A stretch of DNA of 32,000 nt from Planctopirus limnophila DSM 3776 (GCF_000092105.1 NC_014148.1:1-32000), one strand, 5' to 3'; counted from the stretch's first letter, positions 1 to 8,975 are shown. Program-made: numbers and translations. Notes: a model not told the origin generated them from the letters alone.

Positions 1-613
1 CTTTTGAACATTGTCTGTCGGTCGAAATGAGTTCATTTTTGGCAGCGCTCGGCGGGCAAAACATGAGTTTTCCTGTGGAATCCGGACTGTTCTGCACGAG
101 GCTGCGAGTTGCCAATTTTTTATGAACCCTTTGGGTTTGACTCCCCGCTGGCGGGGGGTAGCATCGCACCTGCTTTGAATGATTCAGGGCGGGTGGAGAT
201 CAGTCTTCTCGATTGCTCAACACTTTGTTCGAAGTCAGATTAACAAGTTCATTGGTTGTGGTGATGGCATGTCATCAGGGGGCCTCCTGGCTCTGTGATA
301 AGTCGTAGACTGCAGGCCAGTTCGCCGCACGAAATGCAACCTGTTTGTTTGAATTCGTATTCGTTCATGGTTCAACCATGAGAAGTTTTCTGAATCATCG
401 AGGCCCCTGACTCTTTGCCAGTGGTTCTTACGGAATATGCAACCGGAAGAAGCACTTCAGCGAGTCAGGAATCCACGAGTCCCCCACAATCCACGGCGGC
501 CTGCTCTTTCCCCTTTTCAAGCCTGACTTTCTCACAGTTGATGGAATCTATTCCATCCAGCCGTCTGAAAGTACGTCCTGACAAAGTGGCACGGGCATGG
601 GAGGGTCTGCACG

Positions 614-3166
614 ATGCAACCCGGCATGATGCTGGCGAACCCCGGAATCAATCATGATGAACGAGATCAACAACAGACAGTTCAGGCTCCCGCCGCCCAG
701 GTACGAGGCGTGCCACAGCTCATATCTCAGAACGCCGATGGACAGATTGAATCTGATGTTCAGACCGCTGCTGAGCGGGCACGGCTCAATGAGGGTCTCG
801 TCAGGCAGAATGCTCTGACTGGACACCTTCCAGCAGAGCGTTTTCCAGTACAGCGTCATCCAGTACAGCATGCCGGGAAACAGCACTCTCTTCCCACGAG
901 AGCCAAACTTCCGCAGGAAGCGGCTTCCTTAGGATCTGTCCTGATTAAGGCAGGTCTTTGTCACGCCACTTCCAGCCGAACGAACGGATCGCTGCAATCA
1001 GCAGATGACCGCGATGTCTCTGTTTCGTCGATCGTTGCGAACCAGGCGCCTGTGAAACGATCCGCCGCCACGGCCAGTGTTTCGCCGGACCTGACAAAGG
1101 GGGCACCGGATTCTGCCAAAGCATTATTGTTCAATACGGCACCAATATCTGATGTAGGGGCCTTGCAGATCTTTCAAGAAGCATTGATCGAGGCCATTGG
1201 GTCATCTCGATATGAGATGCTCTTTGCTCGAAAAGTCACTTTCGACTGGCAGCAAGTGGCGGCCACAACGTCTCATCATCAGGCGGGGCGACTGGTACTG
1301 CGAATTGAAGACGAGTTCTTACGAAACTGGCTGAGGCGCGAATACCATCCCCTGCTGGAGCGACTGGCTCGTGAGTGTCTGCAGGGAAGTACGATTTTAT
1401 TCAGTGAAGATGCGTCACTTGGTCAAAGCGTATCCTCTGCGAAGATCACACCATCTCACACGACGGATCACCAAACAACGATATCACGGAATCCCTCTGA
1501 AAAGATTTCCACAACAAATACTGGAGTGATTGCACAGCTTCCCGCACAGAATCACATGCCTTCTCGGAACCCGAGAAAGTCGGCTGTCTCTGACTTGAAG
1601 TTGGGAGCCACAATCTCCACAATCCCCTCCCCGGACCAACCGGCTGAGCATCATGCAGCAGATCAGTCTTCTGGTGCTGCTGAACAGCGTATTGATAGAC
1701 AGTGTGCCAACAAACCAGGTGCCAACAAATCGTCGAGAGTTCTTCCAGTCAGTGATTTTCCGGGAGCCAATCTCGACGTGATGCAATCTGAATCTGCCCA
1801 TAATCCTGCTTCCCAGAACCTGCCACTGGCTGCCACGCCCTTGGCCAAAAGCCAATTGGCGGCTGGGAATAAAGTCGCTGATGATCAGGTTGTCGCCAGC
1901 GCAGCAGGCAGAAATCCGCTGGTCTCTCAGATGGCAGGTCCTCGCCGGGGGGCATATGTCGCATCGACGGCCTTCGGATCAACGAACCAAGTGCCAACGG
2001 CCCAGGCGCCAACAAACCAGGCGTCTGGTTTCTCCTCAGCATCTCACGAATCTCGTTCCAATTCAGGAGCGGCATCTCATCATTCAGCTCCGGCTCATCT
2101 GGGGAGAACAAACGCTGCGAAAATGTCGCGTCGCCCGATGGAACTGAGTGATCTCGTCGTCGGTACAGGGAATGAACTGGCTCTGGCAGCGGCCCGCAAA
2201 GTTTGCGACGAAGTACCGGCTCCATTCAATCCACTCTATCTGTTTGGAAACGTGGGAATTGGCAAGACCCACCTGCTGGAAGGAATTTCCCGGCAATTGC
2301 GCAGGCAGCATCCCGGGCTCAATGTACTGATGATGACCGCCGAACAGTTCGCCAACTGTTTTACCCAGGCACTGCGTGACAAAACGTTGCCTTCATTCCG
2401 GCAGAAGTTTCGCAATGTCGATGCTCTCCTCATTGATGATGTGGATTTTCTCGATAATACGCGGGTGATACGCGAAGAGTTTCTACATACATTTACCGAA
2501 CTCGCAGAACGTGGACGGGCGATTGTGCTGACGGCTGATCGGCACCCTAAACTCCTCTCGAAACTGGGGGATGAACTGGTCACTCGGTTCATGTCAGGGC
2601 TGATCTGTCGAGTGGAAGCACCTGATCAGGCCACGCGTGAACGGATTGTGCAGATGAAAGCGGCCCGTATGGGTACCGATATCAGTGAAGAAGCACTGAT
2701 GTGGGTGGCGCAAAAATTCCGCAACAATGTGCGGGAACTCGAAGGGGCTCTCAACTGCCTCCACACGTGGTACACAATGAGCGAACGGCGGGTCGGTCTG
2801 GCCACGGCACGGCAGATTCTGGCCGACCTTGAGCGTGATTGTCTGAAGATCGTCAGGCTGACCGATATCGAGCAGACGATCTGTACGCTCTTTGGCGTGC
2901 GGCCTCGTGAACTGAAATCATCCAGCCGGGCCCGCACAGTGAGTCAGCCGCGAATGCTCGCGATGTTTCTGGCAAGAAAACATACGCAGTCAGCTTATCA
3001 GGAAATTGGCCAGCATTTTGGCGGGCGGAATCACAGCACCGTGATGGCTGCCGAGAAAAAAGTGGGCGAATGGCTCGATTCGAACAGCGAGCTTCATCTG
3101 GGTGGACGAGACTGGAACATTCGCGAACTGATGGACACCCTCGAACAACAGCTTCTGGCCAGTTGA
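614..3166 (+). CDS. dnaA: Chromosomal replication initiator DnaA, with a long N-terminal extension and a long domain II
   Basis: 850-aa ORF. The C-terminal ~340 aa carry Walker A GNVGIGKTHLL, Walker B LLIDDVDFL, sensor RNNVRELEGALN, and the domain IV signature SQPRMLAMFLARKHTQSAYQEIGQHFGGRNHSTVMAAEKKV. A domain-I-like segment (FQEALIEAIGSSRYEMLF...LVLRIEDEFLRNWLRREYHPLL) begins only at about residue 183. Residues ~265-515 are a low-complexity linker. The true start may be internal (in-frame GTG at 1052, TTG at 1127). Confidence 0.9.
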   Translation: MQPGMMLANPGINHDERDQQQTVQAPAAQVRGVPQLISQNADGQIESDVQTAAERARLNEGLVRQNALTGHLPAERFPVQRHPVQHAGKQHSLPTRAKLPQEAASLGSVLIKAGLCHATSSRTNGSLQSADDRDVSVSSIVANQAPVKRSAATASVSPDLTKGAPDSAKALLFNTAPISDVGALQIFQEALIEAIGSSRYEMLFARKVTFDWQQVAATTSHHQAGRLVLRIEDEFLRNWLRREYHPLLERLARECLQGSTILFSEDASLGQSVSSAKITPSHTTDHQTTISRNPSEKISTTNTGVIAQLPAQNHMPSRNPRKSAVSDLKLGATISTIPSPDQPAEHHAADQSSGAAEQRIDRQCANKPGANKSSRVLPVSDFPGANLDVMQSESAHNPASQNLPLAATPLAKSQLAAGNKVADDQVVASAAGRNPLVSQMAGPRRGAYVASTAFGSTNQVPTAQAPTNQASGFSSASHESRSNSGAASHHSAPAHLGRTNAAKMSRRPMELSDLVVGTGNELALAAARKVCDEVPAPFNPLYLFGNVGIGKTHLLEGISRQLRRQHPGLNVLMMTAEQFANCFTQALRDKTLPSFRQKFRNVDALLIDDVDFLDNTRVIREEFLHTFTELAERGRAIVLTADRHPKLLSKLGDELVTRFMSGLICRVEAPDQATRERIVQMKAARMGTDISEEALMWVAQKFRNNVRELEGALNCLHTWYTMSERRVGLATARQILADLERDCLKIVRLTDIEQTICTLFGVRPRELKSSSRARTVSQPRMLAMFLARKHTQSAYQEIGQHFGGRNHSTVMAAEKKVGEWLDSNSELHLGGRDWNIRELMDTLEQQLLAS

Positions 3167-3188
3167 ACGCTTTTGCATCCATCCCGAA

Positions 3189-4967
3189 TCATTCACTTGA
3201 AGTCAGAGAGTTGTTCAACTCTGGATCTGCTGCAACTTCAGTCGAGACCTCTGCAGCTTCTTCGCGGTACAGAGGTAGCACGACACAAAAGGTGCTGCCG
3301 CGACCCAGTTCTGTGGAGACATCGATCTTTCCACCATGCAGCTCGACAATCTCTCGGCAGATGGCCAGGCCCAGGCCATGGCCTGTCGAACCTGACGCCG
3401 AACGAGCGGCATCCGCCCGGAAGAATCTTTCAAATAAATGAGAACGTTCTTCAGCCGACATCCCACGTCCGGTGTCCACGACGGAGATGCGGGCCGAGTC
3501 TGTATCCGAGGTAAGAGTGACGAAGATCATCCCCTCGGGAGCATTGTATTCAATCGCGTTGTTGAGCAGGTTCGTAACGACCTGACCCAGAAACACAGCA
3601 TCACCAAAAACAGTGGCCGAAGTGAGCTGCGCCGCCAGCTTTAACTGGCTGGTTTCGGCTTTGGGTTTGATCGACTCAATCGCATGTTCCACGACCGGCA
3701 ACAGATCGATGGGCTGACAATTGAGTTGTAATCGACCCGAATCGGCTCTCGCCAGAGCCAGCAGACTTTCCACCAGAGTGCGCATGCGGGAAGCAGAGCG
3801 ACCACAGGCACTCAGTGCCTGACGATATTCCTGTGCAGAGCGTTCGCGAGCCAGTGCATGTTCCGTTTGTGCCAGGACCACAGCAATCGGCGTCCGCAAT
3901 TCGTGCGAGGCATCCGAAGTAAATCGAACCTGCCGTTCAAAGCCGGCCTGCAATCGATCAAAGGTGGCATTCAGGACTTCGGCCAGTGCCTGGAGTTCCG
4001 TTTTCAGTGGGGCCACGTCAATCCGTTGATTGAGTGTGCTGGCGGTCAGTTTATCGACCGTCTTGGAGATATCGTCGAGCGGGGAAAGCACGCGCCTGGC
4101 CAGCAGCCATGTCCCGGCAATACCGATGATCAGCGAAAGGAGCGCGATCAAGCCGGTTCGCAGCAGCAGACGCTGCAAGTCATCCCATTCGCGCTGAATC
4201 CACCGGCCCACGACAATCGAACGCGACCGGCTGGGATCGAAAATTTTCACTTCCCAGCGACCATTCACTGAGCGGGATTGGGTCGGATCGTGAATGGCGG
4301 CTGGGCCTCGCAGTTTCGATTCAGGAAAAGGAGCCAGTGCATCTTCGGGCAGATCAAATGACCGATCGATGATCTCACCAGTATCTTCCCGGCGGATAAA
4401 AAAATACATCCGCTCAGGGGGGCCACGACGATCAAAGTCGGGCGGCCCGCCATTCCTCTGAAAAGGCTCTCCCGGTGGAAAATCATTCCTTCCCCCTCCC
4501 CGTGGATTGGGTCCATTGCGATCATTTCTTCTCTCGGGTTGCTCCAAGGGAATTTGGTCGGCCAGGAGTAGCTGAGGCGGATTCCCTGCCTCTCGACCGG
4601 CTTCCAGTGGATTTCGCTCAGGAGGGTTCGTGCCGGGAGGGCCTGGTTCGCCAATCGGCCGATCCCGTTCAAATCCATCACGCCCATGGCGATCTCGATC
4701 ACCTCGATTTCCTCCATCGGTTGTGGGAAATCGATTGCCAAATCGGCCATTGGCCAGCACCGAGAAGCCAAACGATCTCAGCTCACTTTCGATGCGTTCG
4801 ATTGTTAATCGTCGATTGGTTTCGTACAGCACTACGGCGAAGAAGAGCAGCACTGCGCCCAGCAAAAGCGTGACCCAGACGACGAGACTGCCGCGAATCG
4901 ACCGCGAAGCGAACTTGTTCCATAAGTTGGGAATGCTGAGCCATCGTTTGGAAGTCAATTCGACCAC
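3189..4967 (-). CDS. Sensor histidine kinase (QseC/CusS/BaeS-like; two TM segments, HAMP, HisKA, HATPase)
   Basis: GTG start. TM1 is LVVWVTLLLGAVLLFFAVVLY and TM2 is LIALLSLIIGIAGTWLLA. H-box is RFTSDASHELRTPIAVV; N-box is LLNNAIEYN; G-boxes are DTGRGM and GHGLGLAICREIVELHGG. Sits immediately downstream of an OmpR-type regulator on the same strand. Confidence 0.92.
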   Translation of the reverse strand: MVELTSKRWLSIPNLWNKFASRSIRGSLVVWVTLLLGAVLLFFAVVLYETNRRLTIERIESELRSFGFSVLANGRFGNRFPTTDGGNRGDRDRHGRDGFERDRPIGEPGPPGTNPPERNPLEAGREAGNPPQLLLADQIPLEQPERRNDRNGPNPRGGGRNDFPPGEPFQRNGGPPDFDRRGPPERMYFFIRREDTGEIIDRSFDLPEDALAPFPESKLRGPAAIHDPTQSRSVNGRWEVKIFDPSRSRSIVVGRWIQREWDDLQRLLLRTGLIALLSLIIGIAGTWLLARRVLSPLDDISKTVDKLTASTLNQRIDVAPLKTELQALAEVLNATFDRLQAGFERQVRFTSDASHELRTPIAVVLAQTEHALARERSAQEYRQALSACGRSASRMRTLVESLLALARADSGRLQLNCQPIDLLPVVEHAIESIKPKAETSQLKLAAQLTSATVFGDAVFLGQVVTNLLNNAIEYNAPEGMIFVTLTSDTDSARISVVDTGRGMSAEERSHLFERFFRADAARSASGSTGHGLGLAICREIVELHGGKIDVSTELGRGSTFCVVLPLYREEAAEVSTEVAADPELNNSLTSSE

Positions 4968-5022
4968 AACAGATTATCCAGCGCAGAATTTTTGAGACCC
5001 GGGCCTTGAGAACAATCGTCGT

Positions 5023-5730
5023 TTACGAAGCAGAATCGTGGGATGCATCATCCACCAGTTCTGCAGAAGATGCCTGACTATGAATGATGTACCCCAAGCC
5101 ACGACGGGTCTCAATCACATCACGGCCAAGTTTCCGCCTGAGATTCGAGATATGCACATCCAGCAGGTTCGAGAGAGATTCGTCATTTTCATCGAAGATG
5201 TGATCGTACAAATCGGTACGGGGAACGACACGACCCCTATGCAGTGCCAGATATTCAAAAATCGAGTATTCGCGAGCTGTCAGCACAATCTCGACATCGT
5301 CCCGGAAGACTTTGCGATGAATGAGATTGATCGTCACTCCCTGACCCAGTTCGAGCAATGATTCGGATTCACCGGCTGCCCGCCGGATTAACGCCCGCAG
5401 TCTGGCCAGAAGTTCGCCACGATCAAAAGGCTTCACGAGGTAATCATCGGCCCCCTGATCGAGACCTTGCACTCGATCAGCCACACCATCACGGGCTGTG
5501 AGCATGAGCACGGGTGTTGATTTCTTCGTGCGAAGTTGTTTCAGCAGATCAAAACCGGACAGCCGGGGGAGCATCCAATCAAGCACAATGACATCGTATT
5601 CCCAGACAAGTGCACGATGCAGCCCCGATTCACCATCGGCAGCCGTATCTACGGCGTACCCTTCATCTTCCAGCATTCCTCGAAGTGCAAACAGCAGATC
5701 TGGCTGATCTTCAACAATCAAGGCACGCAT
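5023..5730 (-). CDS. OmpR/PhoB-family response regulator (receiver plus winged-helix domain)
   Basis: Receiver motifs: MRALIVEDQPDL, phospho-acceptor context DVIVLDWMLP, and LMLTARD...KPF. C-terminal winged helix: LTAREYSIFEYLALHRGRVVPRTDLYDHIF...LDVHISNLRRKL...IETRRGLGY. Confidence 0.94.
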   Translation of the reverse strand: MRALIVEDQPDLLFALRGMLEDEGYAVDTAADGESGLHRALVWEYDVIVLDWMLPRLSGFDLLKQLRTKKSTPVLMLTARDGVADRVQGLDQGADDYLVKPFDRGELLARLRALIRRAAGESESLLELGQGVTINLIHRKVFRDDVEIVLTAREYSIFEYLALHRGRVVPRTDLYDHIFDENDESLSNLLDVHISNLRRKLGRDVIETRRGLGYIIHSQASSAELVDDASHDSAS

Positions 5731-5790
5731 GCGGCGATAACTTCCTGGCTGGTCATGGATGTGTTGCAGAGGTTCCCTTGGGCGGGTGAC

Positions 5791-5833
5791 AGAAAAACTG
5801 CTGGCGACACGCGGAAAGTGGCCGCCAGCAGTT
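5791..5833 (-). terminator. Rho-independent terminator downstream of the GRGPE-repeat gene
   Basis: Perfect 11-bp stem AACTGCTGGCG (5796-5806) / CGCCAGCAGTT (5823-5833). On the minus-strand transcript it is followed by TTTTTCTGT. Confidence 0.6.
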
Positions 5834-6005
5834 CTTGATCAACACCCATCAGCCGGCAAACTGTTGAACCAATGCAACATGGCATCCAGATAAAGTGAAC
5901 GATTCCCACCCACCGACATTCTGGCATCGGCTGTCACTCCTTCGAGAAACGATTTCCTTCAGGGTGGATGTCTGGCATGACAGTGGGCTGGAATAGTGGG
6001 CCTGG

Positions 6006-7139
6006 TTAGCGTTTTTTCAGTTCAGCAACTTCTTTTCGCAGAAGTTCGATCTGTTCGAGCAGTTCTGCGGTGGATGGACCGGGTCGCTCGGGACGTCTCA
6101 CTTCCGGACCACCATCACGAGGGCCGGGACGTTCTTCGCGCGGTCCACCTTCCCGTGGACCACGGGGTGGGCCACCGGCTTCATCGCGAGGCCCTGGCCA
6201 ACGTCCTTCGGGGCCACGTCCTTCGGGGCCACGTCCTTCGGGCCCACGTCCTTCGGGCCCGCCATCACGTGGGCCACGAGGAGGGCCATCCATTTCACCA
6301 CGCGGTCCCGGCCCACGTCCATCAGGCCCGCGACCCTCAGGCCCACGTCCTTCCGGGCCACGTCCTTCGGGCCCACGTCCTTCGGGCCCGCCATCACGTG
6401 GGCCACGAGGAGGGCCATCCATTTCAGCACGCGGTCCCGGCCCACGTCCATCAGGCCCGCGACCCTCAGGCCCACGTCCTTCCGGGCCTCTTCCTTCCGG
6501 TCCACGACCTGGAGGACCAGGAGGTGTTGGGGGATGTGGTAACTGAATGGTTTCACCATCACCAGGAGTCAGAGCACGAGCCAGGACCAGCTCCGTTCCT
6601 CGTGGTGTGCGTTCTTTGTGTCCATCGACCTTGAGCAGCGTCCCGACTGCCAGACGCTCCTTCAGTCGATTTCCCACATGCGGCGGGAAGGCAATGCGAG
6701 TCCCATCATTGAGGATCACGCCATCAACGTCGCCATGAATGTTTTCCGAAATCCGGGCCACTTCGCCTTTGACAGTGACGGCCTCTCCCTGTGGCCTGTG
6801 CGGCCCTTCCGGACCCCTGCCTTCGGGGCCTCGTCCCTCTGGTCCACGTCCTTCTGGCCCTCTGCCCTCTGGTCCCCTGCCTTCAGGTCCGCGTCCTTCA
6901 GGACGTTCACCGCGGGGCCGTTCTGGCCCGCCACGTTCTGGCCCGCCACGTTCCGGACGTGGTCGATCAGGATTGTCACCTTCCGGGCGAGGGCGTCCTG
7001 GACGATCTCCAGCAGGACGATCACCGGCGGGACGTGGATCATCGCCGGGTGGTTGAGCCCAGACATTCGAAACGCCTGTCAGCGGTAGACTAACTGCCAA
7101 GCCTGTCAGCAATAGAATTGAAGCTGCCCATTTTCTCAT
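6006..7139 (-). CDS. Secreted low-complexity protein: GRGPE pentapeptide arrays flanking a non-repetitive ~80-aa core, with a C-terminal coiled-coil tail
   Basis: Signal peptide MRKWAASILLLTGLAVSLPLTGVSNVWAQ. GGAG lies 10 nt upstream of the ATG. More than 20 GRGPE-like units. Core is VTVKGEVARISENIHGDVDGVILNDGTRIAF...LLKVDGHKERTPRGTELVLARAL; tail is ELLEQIELLRKEVAELKKR. The frame was chosen because it alone has a signal peptide, an SD and a non-repetitive core; all six frames are open here. Confidence 0.78.
   Translation of the reverse strand: MRKWAASILLLTGLAVSLPLTGVSNVWAQPPGDDPRPAGDRPAGDRPGRPRPEGDNPDRPRPERGGPERGGPERPRGERPEGRGPEGRGPEGRGPEGRGPEGRGPEGRGPEGPHRPQGEAVTVKGEVARISENIHGDVDGVILNDGTRIAFPPHVGNRLKERLAVGTLLKVDGHKERTPRGTELVLARALTPGDGETIQLPHPPTPPGPPGRGPEGRGPEGRGPEGRGPDGRGPGPRAEMDGPPRGPRDGGPEGRGPEGRGPEGRGPEGRGPDGRGPGPRGEMDGPPRGPRDGGPEGRGPEGRGPEGRGPEGRWPGPRDEAGGPPRGPREGGPREERPGPRDGGPEVRRPERPGPSTAELLEQIELLRKEVAELKKR
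6230..6490. repeat. Two tandem copies of a 129-bp (43-codon) unit inside the GRGPE gene, itself built from 15-bp subunits
   Basis: Anchor GCCATCACGTGGGCCACGAGGAGGGCCATCCATTTCA occurs at 6261 and at 6390 (offset 129). Over about 125 nt I see a single mismatch (CATTTCACCA vs CATTTCAGCA). Confidence 0.9.
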
Positions 7140-7543
7140 CGGATGTTTCTCCAGGAATCAATCGGAGGGGTCATCTTTCCTCAACACCAAAGTTGAGCGG
7201 AGGTGTTGGTGAAAAACTTCACTAATCAACCTCAATTGCCAGAATCACAAAACTCTGACAAAGGGCACCCGTCGCCCCAACGGAAATAGAGGATAGCTGT
7301 CGATCCTGAAGCCTGAATGAAGCTCCCGCACGATCTGGTGCGATGGGTTTGTTTGTCGTAAATCGTCAAGAGAGTTGTTGACTTTGAGGTCTACAAACCT
7401 GAGGATTCTCCAAGCACAGCGAATCAGAAACTTTGTGCCGGCACTTCGTTGTACTACCCGCCAGCTGCTTAAGCGGTTGTCATCCGACAACTCTGCCCGC
7501 CCGTAAAATGAACACCCCGCCATCACCTCTGGAGACACAGTAC

Positions 7544-8851
7544 ATGACTTCGCCATCCATGAATCCATCGGTTCGATCTTCCCGACGCCAGTTTCTCGGG
7601 GTGTCTGCCGCCTTGGCAGCGGGTTGTTTTGTCACCGCCCGCCCGGCTTTCTCAGCCTCTCGCTCTGCGAATGAAAAGCTCAATATCGCCGTCATTGGCC
7701 CGGGCGGACGCGGGCACGAGAACCTCATGGGTGTCTCCAGTGAAAACATCGTCGCGATTGTCGATGCCGACTTCCGTCGCGCTGCTAAAGCCTTCGAACT
7801 CTTCCCGAATGCCAAGAAGTTTTCCGACTATCGAAAACTCTTTGATACGCCCGATTTCTTCGACGCAGTGGTGGTGAGCACACCCGACCATACACATGCA
7901 GCACCCACCTCGATTGCCATGAAGCAAGGCAAGCACGTCTACACAGAAAAGCCGTTAACCCACTCGTTGTTTGAAGCCCGCTCTTTGCAGGAGACGGCTA
8001 CCGCCGCCAAAGTCGCCACACAAATGGGAACGCAGATTCATGCCGGTGAAAACTACAGGCGTGTGGTCGAAATCATCCGCAGTGGTGCCATTGGCCCGGT
8101 GACCGAAGTGCATGTCTGGGTGGGTAAGGGCTGGGGTGGTGGAGAACTTCCCCAAGAGTTTCCGCCTGTTCCCGAAGGGCTCGATTGGAACTCGTGGGTC
8201 GGACCGGCACCTTTCCGAGAATTCCACCCCACTTATGTTCCAGCGAACTGGCGCCGCTGGTGGGATTTTGGTAACGGCACGCTCGGCGATATGGGCTGCC
8301 ATTACATGGATCTTCCCTTCTGGGCACTGGGGCTGAAGCACCCGACAAAGATCACAGCCGAAGGACCAGCGCTGAATTTGCAGACAGCACCGATTGGCAT
8401 GACAGCCGAGTATGAATTCCCTGCGGTAGGCAGTCAGCCCGCCTGCAAACTCAAGTGGTACGACGGCACGATGACGCCTAAGGAAGTTCGTGGTCGTAAA
8501 GTGCCTGGTTCGGGTGTGATGTTTGTGGGAAGTGAAGGGGAGATGTTCGCCGATTACGGCAGTTACAAGCTTTATCCCGAAGAGAAGTTTGCCGATTTCA
8601 AACCCCCCGCACCCACAATCCCTCGCTCCATTGGACATCATCAGGAATGGATCAGGGCCTGTAAAACGGGCGAGCCAACAACCTGCTCGTTCGATTACTC
8701 CGGGCCACTGACAGAGACCGTCTTGCTGGGCTGCCTCGCTTATCGCATGCAGAAGCCCATTGCCTGGGATGCCGTCAATCTCAAGTGCCCCGGCACCCCA
8801 GAAGCCGACGCCATCATCAACCGCCCTTACCGCGAAGGCTGGACGCTGTAA
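7544..8851 (+). CDS. Tat-exported Gfo/Idh/MocA-family NAD(P)-dependent oxidoreductase
   Basis: Twin-arginine signal SSRRQFLGVSAALAAGCFV. Rossmann start LNIAVIGPGGRGHENL, then VVVSTPDHTHA and YTEKPL. The ORF is open from 7433; ATGs at 7508 and 7544 are both possible. 7544 gives a typical Tat n-region. Confidence 0.85.
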   Translation: MTSPSMNPSVRSSRRQFLGVSAALAAGCFVTARPAFSASRSANEKLNIAVIGPGGRGHENLMGVSSENIVAIVDADFRRAAKAFELFPNAKKFSDYRKLFDTPDFFDAVVVSTPDHTHAAPTSIAMKQGKHVYTEKPLTHSLFEARSLQETATAAKVATQMGTQIHAGENYRRVVEIIRSGAIGPVTEVHVWVGKGWGGGELPQEFPPVPEGLDWNSWVGPAPFREFHPTYVPANWRRWWDFGNGTLGDMGCHYMDLPFWALGLKHPTKITAEGPALNLQTAPIGMTAEYEFPAVGSQPACKLKWYDGTMTPKEVRGRKVPGSGVMFVGSEGEMFADYGSYKLYPEEKFADFKPPAPTIPRSIGHHQEWIRACKTGEPTTCSFDYSGPLTETVLLGCLAYRMQKPIAWDAVNLKCPGTPEADAIINRPYREGWTL

Positions 8852-8878
8852 ACGGATGGTGATGATCAGTGCAATTCG

Positions 8879-8918
8879 AGAGAGGCCCGGCCTGATTGGT
8901 CGGGCCTCTCTGTCTTTT
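8879..8918 (+). terminator. Rho-independent terminator after the oxidoreductase gene
   Basis: Perfect 11-bp stem AGAGAGGCCCG (8879-8889) / CGGGCCTCTCT (8901-8911), 11-nt loop, then GTCTTTTGA. Confidence 0.72.
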
Positions 8919-8975
8919 GACTGTATGACTGCAACCCGGCCACATGGGTCGAGTTCTTTCCATTTGTGAATCTGG

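Noticed and set aside
1-613. Looked for a canonical oriC (clustered TTATCCACA DnaA boxes plus an AT-rich unwinding element) upstream of dnaA.
   Set aside because: Only 6/9 matches were found: TGTGGAATC at 74-82, and AATCCACG at 470-477 and again at 488-495. There is one short T-run (116-121). This is too weak to call an origin without GC-skew or experimental data. rpmH-like coding was also not found on either strand.
415-886. ORFs 415-657 (+) and 548-886 (-).
   Set aside because: They are short and mutually overlapping, and they overlap the dnaA ORF. The translations are low-complexity with no motifs or ribosome-binding sites. Treated as non-coding or shadow ORFs.
6200-6900. Regularly spaced short repeats raised the question of a CRISPR array.
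   Set aside because: The units are 15 bp and contiguous, with no unique spacers, and they lie inside a translated gene. No cas genes or leader are present.
5996-7093. Many long ORFs in the other five frames across the GRGPE gene (e.g. 5996-6634 +, 6070-6546 +, 6098-6562 -, 6739-7056 +, 6716-7066 -).
   Set aside because: The GC-rich 15-bp periodic repeat removes stop codons in all frames. Only the 6006-7139 minus frame has an SD, a signal peptide, a unique folded core and a sensible C-terminus. The others are repeat echoes (PSGPR..., HVLRA...).
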